The notes under the pieces: model-generated
Told to the model about the DNA's origin: nothing
The model's input: only the letters and a program-made list of their open reading frames with translations
Database searches by the model: none
Shown here: positions 9,069 to 19,369 of the stretch, in pieces
Layout of the letters: each line of letters opens with the position of its first letter
How positions within the stretch are numbered: position 1 is the stretch's first letter
Position numbers and translations under genes: made by a program
DNA from: a virus
Lineage: Duplodnaviria > Caudoviricetes
DNA: 64,000 nt
Reading direction: 5' to 3' (one strand)
Virus record (IMG/VR): IMGVR_UViG_3300036770_005357

Positions 9069-11207
9069 TTATAAATTATTATCTTTGATAAGTCTGTTAA
9101 TTGTACTAATAACCATGTCAGGTGTTATAGATTTTGTACATTCAAATAATTCTTTTTTGTTGGGTTTAGGACACCATTTCCAATTTCCTTTATCAAACAT
9201 TTCATCATTCCAACAACCAGTACAAACATCGTGATTTTGTACTCTATATGGCGTTTCAAATTCTGTATAAGGATAAGAAAACCCGCTTATCAGAACAACT
9301 GGTTTATTTATAGCCCAAGCCAACCAAGATAATCCTGATGGAAGACCGATAAAAAATGAACTATGATAAATTTGATTTATTCTTTCTTGAATTGGTTTAT
9401 TACCCGTGAAATCCAATGCGTTCTTAGGCATTATATTGATAAAATCTCTACCATTTCCAAAAATTTTGTGTAAATCAATGCACATAACTTTAAACCCGAT
9501 CGAGTTCAAATAATCTATTATTTTTTCCCAACCATTTGCGTAATTCCAATACTTTGCTTGAGATGTACTTTGTGTTGCAATTACTACATATTTTTCATTT
9601 AAAGGTCTATCTTTAATATTTAAATCAATTAAACATTTTTCCGGATAATAATCAAGACCCAAATAATCACTTGCTACTTGTTGTAGTGATACTTTACGTG
9701 GATCGATTCTATGTCTATCTTTATTTACACCTGTTTTTTCATCAACATACCAACCTAATTTGTAAACAGCGTAAAATTTTTCTTTTCTTTCTTTTATAAA
9801 TTTAATATTTGGATATTTTGATTCAAATAATGAATTCAATGGAAATTTGACATACAAATCACATTCATGTTTTTTTCTAAACTGTTCTACAACCGGCATC
9901 CAAGCTATTTGATCTCCAAGTGAATTTGCTTCATATTCTATTAAAACTTTTTTATTTTTTAAATTTAAATAAAAATCTTCTACAAGTTGATTATTTGATC
10001 GAATTTGTATATTAAAAGGTACATAGTAATTATAATTACAACTCGCCCACATATTATGTTTTAAATCGGATTCGTAATTTAGTGTATCATTGTTTTTATT
10101 TATAAACTTAACATTAAAAATTTGATTTGGATCATCCGGATTTGTTATTTCTACAAAAGCTTTATCATCAAATGAAAAATTAAAAAATGTATTTTTAGTT
10201 ATATTTTCTTTTATACATGTATTTACATTTTCATATATCGTCTTAAATTTCTGACCGAAAAGTTTTTCTGTATACAAATCATATAAAGAAATTAGTTCGT
10301 TTATACGATTTGTATAACAATTTATTTTGGCAGTTTTTAAAGATATATCTTGATAATGTTTGTAGTTACCTACGATAGTTTGAACCGCGTTTTTAATTTC
10401 TTCTACATCTCTATTTACGACTATCATACCATCATATTTTTTTTCTTCAAATGTAGCTACAACTGGCAAACCACAACTCATAGCTTCTAATAATGTTAAA
10501 TTTGGATGACCTGCTTCTAATTCAGATGCATGTATAAAAATGTCATGATCGTTATATAATTCAATCAAATCATTTTCATTTAAATCAAATACTTTGTTTA
10601 ATTTTTCATAATTGTTCAATTCTTGACTTAGAGATTCAAAAAATATCTTATTATTAGATGGACCCGCAACTGTAATTGGCAAATTCAAATCTTTAGCCGC
10701 TTGAATAGCATATCTAAATCCTTTCCGATCCGCCGATGGATTATTTGCGTATCCATTATTTGCAACACAAAGCAATTTAATATTTGATTTGATTTTATTT
10801 TTATAAACAAATTGGTCCGTATTAACGGCGTGTGGAAAATATCTTAATTTTTTACTACCAAAATAATCTACTAAATATTTTGCCGGACAAGTCGATAAAA
10901 CACTATTTTCAATAGCTTGTAAATTTTCTCTAAATGATGCAGAGTTTTTTCCGTACAAATAAGCATGATGGTCGTGAATAGTGAATATATAAGGAATACC
11001 TCGTTTATGACATTCATTAGCTAAGTTAGCAACATGTACATGAACTATAGTGTCATCTGTGTATGTTATATCATTTAAATATTTTATTTCACATCTCAAT
11101 CCATTTTTATTCAAATTTTGATGATATTCCCAAATAATTTTTTCTACAGCACCCCAACCATTAGGTGGAATTGGTAACAGACCTAGATGTACTTGTATAA
11201 CTTTCAT
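9069..11207 (-). CDS. GT4 glycosyltransferase fused to an Aah/TibC-like O-heptosyltransferase domain
   Basis: N-half has GWGAVEK and EAGHPNLTLLEAMSCGLPVV. C-half has SLGDQIAW, QSTSQAKYW, FFIGLPSGLSWLAWA and a four-Cys VCTGCW...CP...FEC iron-finger-like motif. Confidence 0.85.
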   Translation of the reverse strand: MKVIQVHLGLLPIPPNGWGAVEKIIWEYHQNLNKNGLRCEIKYLNDITYTDDTIVHVHVANLANECHKRGIPYIFTIHDHHAYLYGKNSASFRENLQAIENSVLSTCPAKYLVDYFGSKKLRYFPHAVNTDQFVYKNKIKSNIKLLCVANNGYANNPSADRKGFRYAIQAAKDLNLPITVAGPSNNKIFFESLSQELNNYEKLNKVFDLNENDLIELYNDHDIFIHASELEAGHPNLTLLEAMSCGLPVVATFEEKKYDGMIVVNRDVEEIKNAVQTIVGNYKHYQDISLKTAKINCYTNRINELISLYDLYTEKLFGQKFKTIYENVNTCIKENITKNTFFNFSFDDKAFVEITNPDDPNQIFNVKFINKNNDTLNYESDLKHNMWASCNYNYYVPFNIQIRSNNQLVEDFYLNLKNKKVLIEYEANSLGDQIAWMPVVEQFRKKHECDLYVKFPLNSLFESKYPNIKFIKERKEKFYAVYKLGWYVDEKTGVNKDRHRIDPRKVSLQQVASDYLGLDYYPEKCLIDLNIKDRPLNEKYVVIATQSTSQAKYWNYANGWEKIIDYLNSIGFKVMCIDLHKIFGNGRDFINIMPKNALDFTGNKPIQERINQIYHSSFFIGLPSGLSWLAWAINKPVVLISGFSYPYTEFETPYRVQNHDVCTGCWNDEMFDKGNWKWCPKPNKKELFECTKSITPDMVISTINRLIKDNNL

Positions 11208-13204
11208 TTTTTAAAATCAATATAACCATTAATATCTATATCATCGGTTGTTTTAAACTTTTTTATATATCTTTTTAAAATATTATTCTTATTATCAGTT
11301 AAAACCGATTCTATTTCATATTCACAATTTTCTTTGAATGGATGTGATAAATAATAAAAATTATTATTTTTAATATCAAACGATTTTTGATCAACTACAA
11401 TTTCATTTTCTTTAACAATCATATTATTAATACGATCATCGACTTTATTACTGAAAACGCTAAATATTACAAACTGATTATTTTTTTTATTCGGAAGAAC
11501 TGTTAAATATTCTACCATTGAAAAAGCATTCAGTTTGCTGTTTTTCAAAAAAGTTTCTTCGTTATGTTGATAATCTATAAAAATAAAATCTTTATAATCT
11601 TTAAGAATATTAAAATAAAATTGTTCTAAACCGTTGCTACATTCAAATTTATAAACAATATTCATGTATTCAATCGGTGAATAATATTTAAATCGTTTTA
11701 AATAAAAATCATTATTAACACTAAAAAGTACAGTTTTTAATGTATCGCCTTCCGACGCTTTATTATAAAAGAAAAACGCATCTTTTTTTTCTAAAACATT
11801 TTCCATTTTTTCTAGTTGTGAAAAATCACTTTCATCAACTATAACATCATAGTTCAAACAAATAGATTTTTTAAAACCCAACGATTTTGCATAACTTATA
11901 CCATTAAAATAATTTAAATGTACAGCTAGGCCATGGTAATCATCATTGTCAGATGCCGCAAAATTAACTTTTGCAGAAAAATTTAAATCCGAGTAATGCC
12001 ACTGATTATAAAAATTGTGTTTTAATATAGGATTATTTTTATCAAAGACATAATAATCGACTAAATTTTGCAAACTATTTGATACTGGATAATGTGAAGT
12101 CAATAAAACTTTATATCCGGATTTTTTAATTTTTTCAATACACATTTTCGTTGCATTTTCAATTGATATATGATTTGGATGTGTTGAAATAATAACAATT
12201 ATATCTTTTTTATCTTTTTTAAGAATCACATCATCGGATTCAATAAATCCCAATTTTCGCTTTATTAAATTAACATTTTTCTGAAAATTGTATTCATCCA
12301 GATAATTAATATTATCAAACTTATTATATTTATCCAAGTAAACTGGTAAATTGTATAACAAGGAAGGGACATTAAAAGAAATCGATTCTTTTATAACAAT
12401 CGGTGCCGTTTCTTTATCGGTCGCGTGACCACGACTCGTAAATAGAAAAAGATCCATACAACTATAAAAATTGTCTACATCTTTTCGTTCTCCCCACACT
12501 TTAACATTTTTTGGTAAATTTTTTAAAAGTGGTTCCCAATAAAATTTAAAATTATCTGCCATGTTACCTATACAATGAAACTGTACATTTTCATTTTCCA
12601 TTGCACGTGCATAATCAATAAATTCTTTTTGATTTTTCCGAGGGGTGAATAGACCTACATGAAACACATGTTTTTTATTTATATCCAATCCCAAAAACTT
12701 AAGACCTTCATCACGATTTTTCCTCAACTTAACAGCAATTGGATATTCGATTACATCGGATTCAATATTTAATGATTCTACATTTTGTTTCTGATAGTTA
12801 CTAACAAAAATAAATTGATCAGGAAAAACTCTTTTCCTATCAGAATTAAAACTGCTATCGTGAGAAGTTTCTATAATTTTATAATATCGATCTTTTTTAT
12901 AAATTTTAAATGCCAAATTCATATCCATGAAATACTCAGGCATTTCTTCAAAATGAATTATATCAGGATTAACTTTTTCGATTATTTCTAACAATTTATT
13001 TTTATTATTATCCAAAACATAAAATCTCTCACCACAAAGTTTTTGTACTTGTTCTCGTTGTACAATTAATACGCCCCCGGTATGATCATTATATTCTACA
13101 CAATGAATTTCATATTCATCGTTTAACGCTTTTATTTTTTTTAATAAATATTGCGGTTGTCCTCCTGTGGAAAGATGAGGTGCTACAAATAACAATTTTT
13201 TCAT
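11204..13204 (-). CDS. GT4-family glycosyltransferase with additional C-terminal domain
   Basis: HLSTGGQPQYL, GLFTPRKNQ, DLFLFTSR...ETAPIVIKESI. Confidence 0.85.
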   Translation of the reverse strand: MKKLLFVAPHLSTGGQPQYLLKKIKALNDEYEIHCVEYNDHTGGVLIVQREQVQKLCGERFYVLDNNKNKLLEIIEKVNPDIIHFEEMPEYFMDMNLAFKIYKKDRYYKIIETSHDSSFNSDRKRVFPDQFIFVSNYQKQNVESLNIESDVIEYPIAVKLRKNRDEGLKFLGLDINKKHVFHVGLFTPRKNQKEFIDYARAMENENVQFHCIGNMADNFKFYWEPLLKNLPKNVKVWGERKDVDNFYSCMDLFLFTSRGHATDKETAPIVIKESISFNVPSLLYNLPVYLDKYNKFDNINYLDEYNFQKNVNLIKRKLGFIESDDVILKKDKKDIIVIISTHPNHISIENATKMCIEKIKKSGYKVLLTSHYPVSNSLQNLVDYYVFDKNNPILKHNFYNQWHYSDLNFSAKVNFAASDNDDYHGLAVHLNYFNGISYAKSLGFKKSICLNYDVIVDESDFSQLEKMENVLEKKDAFFFYNKASEGDTLKTVLFSVNNDFYLKRFKYYSPIEYMNIVYKFECSNGLEQFYFNILKDYKDFIFIDYQHNEETFLKNSKLNAFSMVEYLTVLPNKKNNQFVIFSVFSNKVDDRINNMIVKENEIVVDQKSFDIKNNNFYYLSHPFKENCEYEIESVLTDNKNNILKRYIKKFKTTDDIDINGYIDFKK

Positions 13205-14175
13205 AATTTTTTAAAATAAATAGTATTCATATGAGATATTTTATAATCAAGTGCATTTGGTTCATGATATATTTCATATCCCATTTTTTTAAATCTTTCA
13301 ACTATTTTTAAAATATTTTTGCCATCGTTATTGTGAAATTCCAAAAATATACATCTCACTTTTTTGAAAAAATCATCGCTCGTTTTTTCAAAAAAATCAT
13401 ATTCGCTGCCTTCGATGTCAATTTTTAAATAAGTTGGTAATTCTAAATTATTTTTTAATACAAAACTTTCTAAATTTATACTTTCAACCTCAATTGTTCC
13501 ATTATCCGCAATAAAATAACCTCCTGTATTCGAATCTGATTCAACAGATCCGAGCTTTACAGTTTTAAATTCAGTTAAAACCGCTTTGTCAAAAACTGTT
13601 GTATTTTTTCCATATTTATTTAAATTCTCTGTAAGATATGGTACAACTTCGGGATTTGGTTCAAATGCATATATTTTTTTGATATTAAAATTAGAACAAT
13701 ATAATGAAAAAGCACCAACATTAGCTCCCAAATCGTAAATTACATCATTATCTCTAACATCACATTTATTTTTAAAATTTTCTTTATAAAAAAAAGTATG
13801 ATATGGTGGATATGTTACATCCAAATGTTTGGATCTTAAATCTAAACAAACAAAGTTTTTAGTTCCATGATAATTTTTGGATAATAATAAAGTTTGCATG
13901 GAATTGTCATATATTTCAATTGAAAATCCAGGATGCTTTTTATTTATAATGTCTTTTATAAAATAAAGTTCGTTATTATATGTCCAATTATTATAACCTA
14001 CTGGACAATGATGATACATTACATGTGTGATCAGTGAAGTATCTAAGCTCTTTATAACTATAATAAATTCAAAATTTATAGAAAAATCATTAATAGTACT
14101 AAAAGTGCCATTTTCACAAACATTAATTGTTAATTCGCCGAAATTTGGTACAGATACTCTATCAGAAATAAACAT
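13201..14175 (-). CDS. FkbM-family SAM-dependent methyltransferase
   Basis: YDLGANVGAFS, YAFEPNP, YLKIDIEGSEY. Confidence 0.92.
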   Translation of the reverse strand: MFISDRVSVPNFGELTINVCENGTFSTINDFSINFEFIIVIKSLDTSLITHVMYHHCPVGYNNWTYNNELYFIKDIINKKHPGFSIEIYDNSMQTLLLSKNYHGTKNFVCLDLRSKHLDVTYPPYHTFFYKENFKNKCDVRDNDVIYDLGANVGAFSLYCSNFNIKKIYAFEPNPEVVPYLTENLNKYGKNTTVFDKAVLTEFKTVKLGSVESDSNTGGYFIADNGTIEVESINLESFVLKNNLELPTYLKIDIEGSEYDFFEKTSDDFFKKVRCIFLEFHNNDGKNILKIVERFKKMGYEIYHEPNALDYKISHMNTIYFKKL

Positions 14176-14176
14176 A

Positions 14177-17100
14177 TCAAATATATAGCACCTTACTATA
14201 ACCGTTTTCTTTTTTTATTTCGATCTGGTTATCAACCATATCTCGCATTTGATCCAAATGACTTATTACCCAAATAAAATCAAATTGATTCTTCAAATAA
14301 CTAAATAAAGCTCCCATTTGACTTAAATGATCACTATCGGCACAACCAAATCCTTCGTCAATACAAATAATATTTGGTCTCGGTAAATTACTAATATTAA
14401 TAAGTGCAACTCTAATAGCCAATCCACTTATAAACTTTTCCATACCACTTGCCATTTCAAGAGGCCATTTCTTATCATCATATACTATGTTAGTCATAAT
14501 ATTCTTACCGTCTGTATGTAATGTTACACTAAACTCTACTACTTGATGTAGAATATTATTAACCTCTTTCTCAATTTCTGGAAGTGTCTTGGTTATAATT
14601 TCATAAGGTATACCATCACGACTTATTATATTTGTATATAACTTGTATGATTCATAACTTTCTTCAAGTTCTTTAACTTTATTAAGTTGATCTGTAAGAT
14701 TCTTATATTGAAGTTCCAACTTGCCTTTTTCGCCGGAAGCTGTAAACAACTTATTATTCAAAGCTTTAATCTCATTCTCAAGGGTCTTAATTTCAGCTTT
14801 AACTTTTTCAACATTGGTTAAAATAGTTGCATTATTTTCTATGACTTCTTTATTTGTATAAAAAGTTTGTATATCATTGTCAACCCCCTTCAACTTGTTT
14901 TGTAAGTTGATTAAAGTGTTTTCATTCTGTAATATGGAACTATTGACGGAACTCTTATTTCGTTCCAATGTAAGTTTTTCGTTGTTTAACTTGATACACT
15001 CTTTATTCTGTTTTTCAATATCACCATAAGAATCTAATTTCTCTTTGATAACATTAAACTCGCCAACTACTTTAGTTGCTTTTTGTTTATCCAACTCAAG
15101 ATCTTCTTTTGTTTTTATAGCATCCTTAACGAAAATATTGTTGACGCAATAAGTACAATTAGGATCATACTTATGTTCTTCAAGTTTCTTAAGTTTTTCT
15201 ACCTTATTCTTGATAACAAGCTTCAGAGTATCAATCTCTTTTTGTTTTTCAGTTTCTTTTTGTTTCCAACTCTTGTACTCGTCGTACTTTTCATCAATAC
15301 CGTCACATTCAGCAAGTGATGATGTCAATGCAACTAAACTATCTTCAATGGTTTTTAACTTAACCCCCTCAGATGAGATATTATTATTGACCTTATCAAT
15401 CTTACGAGTCAAATCTACCTTTTCTTGTTCCAACTTAGTTATATCAAAAGAAAATGAATCGGTCTTAATAAGAGTATTAGACAATTCTAACATCTTATTA
15501 TTAAGTTGATCCTTTTCACCTTCCTTTTGTTTAACAATATTGGTATAAGTTTCAATGTTGTTATTATTTGTAGTAATACTACCGGATACAGTCGTAAGTT
15601 CAGATATCAACTGATCTTTACTAGTATTCTTCAACAATGTATTAGTCTCTTTAAAGTTATCATTGGCAATAGTATACAACTGATCAAACAAATTTAGTCC
15701 CATGAACTGGCATAATAGATCCTTTCGTTCAGTTTGACCCAAATCAATAAATGATCCAGCCTTACTGTTTTGAATACTAAGTACCGTAAGAATAAAATCT
15801 TCATATGTACCAACATAATCTCTAATAATATCATTCGTACTTCTACGAGCTTCGCCATTCAATGGTACTTCATTACCTTTATCAATCTTATAGAACTTGA
15901 CATCTACCTTTACATTACCTTTCTTATCAGCTTTACCTTCTCGTTCAATATAATAATCTACACCATTAACCTCAAAATTGAATTTACACTTGAAACTCAT
16001 TTTTTGAGTATTCAAAACATGTATAGCTTTAAATCCTTTACTAAACTTATCAAATACACAAAAAGCTAAAGCATCCATAATACTAGATTTACCACTCGCA
16101 TTAGGCGCAAATAGTCCAATAGTACCCTTCAACTTAGTGAAATCAATATAGTTACCTTCACCGTAACTAAACATATTATCAAATTCAAAAGTCTTAGGCT
16201 TCCAACGAATATTCTTAGGAGCTTTATCCTTAGCAATTTCTTTATTGATAGTTTTATTAAGTTCCTTAACCTTCTCAATCAAAGTCTTTTCAGTATTTTT
16301 AGCAAGTAAATTATCTTCAATCAATTTATTCTGATAATCAACATCCAAGATATTATGAATATCAAACACTTGACCGTTTTTAAGCGTTAAATCTACTTCA
16401 GCCTCATCTACTCGTATAAATGTTGATTCAAGAATCTCACACTTATCTTTGATATCATTCATCACCTCTTTTACTTGAGATGGAATAGATTCAAAACACT
16501 TTGTACGAATACGAGCTTTTTTAGGTAAATTACTAATGTCCGTTGTTAATTTACCTTTATTGATTTCTATAGTATAATAACCATAATCATTTTGTAATTC
16601 ATAGTGTTTGAAAACCTTATGTTTCAAATTCCACATCAAAAATCCGTGACCCTTAAGTTCTTCGCCGTGATTTTGTTGAATCATTGAGCCGGCATATACA
16701 ATAACGGGCTTACTATCAACATCATCGTACTCCTGTAGTATTTGATGTTTATGAATATCACCCAACATCGCAATGTGGTGACCGTCAAACATATCATTCA
16801 TTACAGAACGATTACTTACAACATATCCAATGTCTGTAATTGCGTTATGTACGGGCCCGTGGAAGAGTGCAATGTGATGATCGGTTTCCATTCTATATTT
16901 TGATGGAATATCCGTATACTTAATGTATTTGTCGGGATCATCAAATACACTGAAATTATTAAATAGTATATTTTCATAACGATATACATCTGTACTCTTC
17001 AAATAATACAAGTTATCGTGTTCTAGAGCTTCAACGATGGGTGTCAAACAATCCAATCGTGACTTGTTAGCAAGTGTAGCATCGTGATTACCTGCAGTCA

Positions 17101-17362
17101 ATATAGTAGGTATTCTATCCGCACAGTTTTTAAGAAAGTCGCTACCAATCTTTACACATTCCGGACTTAAATCACTCTTGTTATGAAAAACATCTCCAGC
17201 AATAACCAATACAGCATTTAATTTTTGTACTTTTTCAAGTGATTGATAAAACTTATTGAATACAGTTAGATATTCATCATGGCGTTTGGTAAGCCTGATA
17301 TGAATATCTGCTATATGTACGACTGCGTTTATCTTACTATCTGTATTTTTAAGTAATATCAT
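14177..17362 (-). CDS. sbcCD: fused Mre11/SbcD nuclease - Rad50/SbcC ATPase (gp47-gp46-like)
   Basis: Phosphoesterase motifs HIADIH, AGDVFH, AGNHD, LGDIH; Walker A APNASGKSS; hook CTYC; signature ASGMEK; Walker B CIDEGFG; H-loop ISH, all in one 1061-aa frame. Confidence 0.93.
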   Translation of the reverse strand: MILLKNTDSKINAVVHIADIHIRLTKRHDEYLTVFNKFYQSLEKVQKLNAVLVIAGDVFHNKSDLSPECVKIGSDFLKNCADRIPTILTAGNHDATLANKSRLDCLTPIVEALEHDNLYYLKSTDVYRYENILFNNFSVFDDPDKYIKYTDIPSKYRMETDHHIALFHGPVHNAITDIGYVVSNRSVMNDMFDGHHIAMLGDIHKHQILQEYDDVDSKPVIVYAGSMIQQNHGEELKGHGFLMWNLKHKVFKHYELQNDYGYYTIEINKGKLTTDISNLPKKARIRTKCFESIPSQVKEVMNDIKDKCEILESTFIRVDEAEVDLTLKNGQVFDIHNILDVDYQNKLIEDNLLAKNTEKTLIEKVKELNKTINKEIAKDKAPKNIRWKPKTFEFDNMFSYGEGNYIDFTKLKGTIGLFAPNASGKSSIMDALAFCVFDKFSKGFKAIHVLNTQKMSFKCKFNFEVNGVDYYIEREGKADKKGNVKVDVKFYKIDKGNEVPLNGEARRSTNDIIRDYVGTYEDFILTVLSIQNSKAGSFIDLGQTERKDLLCQFMGLNLFDQLYTIANDNFKETNTLLKNTSKDQLISELTTVSGSITTNNNNIETYTNIVKQKEGEKDQLNNKMLELSNTLIKTDSFSFDITKLEQEKVDLTRKIDKVNNNISSEGVKLKTIEDSLVALTSSLAECDGIDEKYDEYKSWKQKETEKQKEIDTLKLVIKNKVEKLKKLEEHKYDPNCTYCVNNIFVKDAIKTKEDLELDKQKATKVVGEFNVIKEKLDSYGDIEKQNKECIKLNNEKLTLERNKSSVNSSILQNENTLINLQNKLKGVDNDIQTFYTNKEVIENNATILTNVEKVKAEIKTLENEIKALNNKLFTASGEKGKLELQYKNLTDQLNKVKELEESYESYKLYTNIISRDGIPYEIITKTLPEIEKEVNNILHQVVEFSVTLHTDGKNIMTNIVYDDKKWPLEMASGMEKFISGLAIRVALINISNLPRPNIICIDEGFGCADSDHLSQMGALFSYLKNQFDFIWVISHLDQMRDMVDNQIEIKKENGYSKVLYI

Positions 17363-18276
17363 AATTTGTTCGTTAATTTATAACGATATAAAATGCTTTC
17401 ATTAATCTTAACACTATTTCGTATGTTTTGCCAAGTTATATTATGTCCTAACTCATTCGGATCTTTGCCATCTAACAAAACTAAATGTGTGTTTATGCCG
17501 TTTTGAATTAGAAAATCACAAATTTTCAAACTGGATGTCAGAGCGTCATTATCCAACAACACATTTACTCTAGGCGGTCTATTTTCTATAAGTTTAATTT
17601 TAAGTTTTTTAGATAATGTTTTACCAAACAGTGGTACTACATTGTATTTGACACTCATTGCATCAAACACACCTTCAACCAATGTAAGTTCATGATTAAA
17701 ATCAGTAAACAGTTCAAATCCGATCATATCTTTACTGCCGTCACACAATCTATATTTAAGAAATCCGTCACAAAAGTCTCTACCACAATAAAAATTGAGT
17801 TGTGCATCGACATCATAAGATGGAACTATAATTCTATTTGCAAAATTTCCACTTGGACAATATCCAATATTATATCGTACAACATCGTGTACAGATATAT
17901 TTCGTTTAAAAAGATATGATAAAGCATTTTTATAAGCCGGATCGGTTGATGGTTTATACAGTGGATGAAATTCTTGCGGCAGTTCAAGTCTTGCTTGATC
18001 TATTTTGACTAAATTATGTCGTTTGGGTTTATCCTTACAAAGAATTTCATAATATTCACTCGGAGCTTTTACTTTTCTAAGCAAACTATGAAAACTCTTA
18101 CCACTAAATCCACATACCCAACATTGATAGTATCCTGTTTGAGTGTTTATATTTAACTTTTTCTTATGATGCTTGCAATTTGGACAGAATACTAGAATCT
18201 CTTCACCACCTTTTTGTATAGTAGGCTTATTCTTGAAGAGTCTTGTTAATGTATCTATTACAGGCAATCCGACCAT
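17359..18276 (-). CDS. DNA primase (zinc ribbon + TOPRIM)
   Basis: CPNC...CWVC; LVEGVFDA, LLDND, KDPNEL. Confidence 0.92.
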   Translation of the reverse strand: MVGLPVIDTLTRLFKNKPTIQKGGEEILVFCPNCKHHKKKLNINTQTGYYQCWVCGFSGKSFHSLLRKVKAPSEYYEILCKDKPKRHNLVKIDQARLELPQEFHPLYKPSTDPAYKNALSYLFKRNISVHDVVRYNIGYCPSGNFANRIIVPSYDVDAQLNFYCGRDFCDGFLKYRLCDGSKDMIGFELFTDFNHELTLVEGVFDAMSVKYNVVPLFGKTLSKKLKIKLIENRPPRVNVLLDNDALTSSLKICDFLIQNGINTHLVLLDGKDPNELGHNITWQNIRNSVKINESILYRYKLTNKL

Positions 18277-18305
18277 TAAACCAATGTAACCTAAATTATA
18301 ATATT

Positions 18306-18818
18306 TTACAAGTTTTTATACAAAGCACAAACTATCGCGTCGTACATGTCACCATTTCGTTCATCCCAATTATTCTTTTTATTTAGTAATGTGAAGTTTT
18401 TAACTTCGGGCATCAACAATTCAAGATGATGTTTAACAAAATCCTTGGACTTCATACCCTTAATTCTACACTTGCCAAATAACTGTTTGCGCATAGTATT
18501 TACACTCAACAAGTTAACTTTCTTTTTAAAGTGTTCTTCTAAAATATAAGCGAAAACAGCATTATGCCGGGTGAGTGTTATAATTGTCTGTTGGCTTGTG
18601 AAACCGCCGGCAAACCCGCTTAAAGCAGCTTCTAAGTTAATATGTTGAAATTTATCATTGTATTTATTTGATTCAATAAAGTTAATTACACTATAAGTTT
18701 TTTCCTTGGTAGTTTCGTACTTTTTTGTATCAATAAATCCAGCATCTAGGACCTTTCCGTTTTCACTGAAAGCCCATCCCGTGACTGATGTAGAGGAGTC
18801 TAAACCCAATATAACCAT
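18306..18818 (-). CDS. RuvC-like Holliday junction resolvase
   Basis: ILGLDSSTSVTGWA, INLEAAL, DMYDAIV. ATG at 18818 preferred over the track's TTG at 18824. Confidence 0.85.
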   Translation of the reverse strand: MVILGLDSSTSVTGWAFSENGKVLDAGFIDTKKYETTKEKTYSVINFIESNKYNDKFQHINLEAALSGFAGGFTSQQTIITLTRHNAVFAYILEEHFKKKVNLLSVNTMRKQLFGKCRIKGMKSKDFVKHHLELLMPEVKNFTLLNKKNNWDERNGDMYDAIVCALYKNL

Positions 18819-18830
18819 TAACAATATATA

Positions 18831-19340
18831 TTAACGGGTAAATGAACCGTCTTTATATTTTGTACTATTAAAGCCTTTCATATAAATTGAAAGCTGTTTT
18901 GAATTTTCACCTGTAGCATCTTTGAACTGAGTAATACCTTGTGGCATTTTTATCTTAAACCCGGAATCGGTTGTATATTTAGCATCTTGAAGTGAAGATT
19001 GACCGTTCCAGTTTGTAGAAATTTTGTTTACTCCATCTACTCTAATACCACCATTTATGGTGTCGCCATAATTAAGTGCCGCATCATTAAAATTTTCACC
19101 AGGTAGACCAGCGCCACCAACAACACCCGAAATCTTAGGTTCAAAGCCAGGACGAATGGTCCAGTCTATAGACTTTTGTGTAAATCCGAATGGAGCTTGA
19201 GTTCCAAGAACGGATGTATTTGTAGTTGCAGCATAAGCATCAAATGCGCCACCTGCATTTTGAAGAGCATTATATCTATCATATAAGCTCTTTTTGACTG
19301 ATTCACGATCTACTGTTTTTGAATCGGATAAAGTTGGCAT
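18831..19340 (-). CDS. hypothetical protein
   Basis: 169-aa ORF, tightly packed between neighbours. Confidence 0.75.
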   Translation of the reverse strand: MPTLSDSKTVDRESVKKSLYDRYNALQNAGGAFDAYAATTNTSVLGTQAPFGFTQKSIDWTIRPGFEPKISGVVGGAGLPGENFNDAALNYGDTINGGIRVDGVNKISTNWNGQSSLQDAKYTTDSGFKIKMPQGITQFKDATGENSKQLSIYMKGFNSTKYKDGSFTR

Positions 19341-19369
19341 AATTTTAATCTATTATATAATAAATATAA

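Noticed and set aside
1-17362. Inteins in terminase or SbcCD
   Set aside because: No C/S...HN splice motifs or LAGLIDADG blocks, and motif spacing is uninterrupted.
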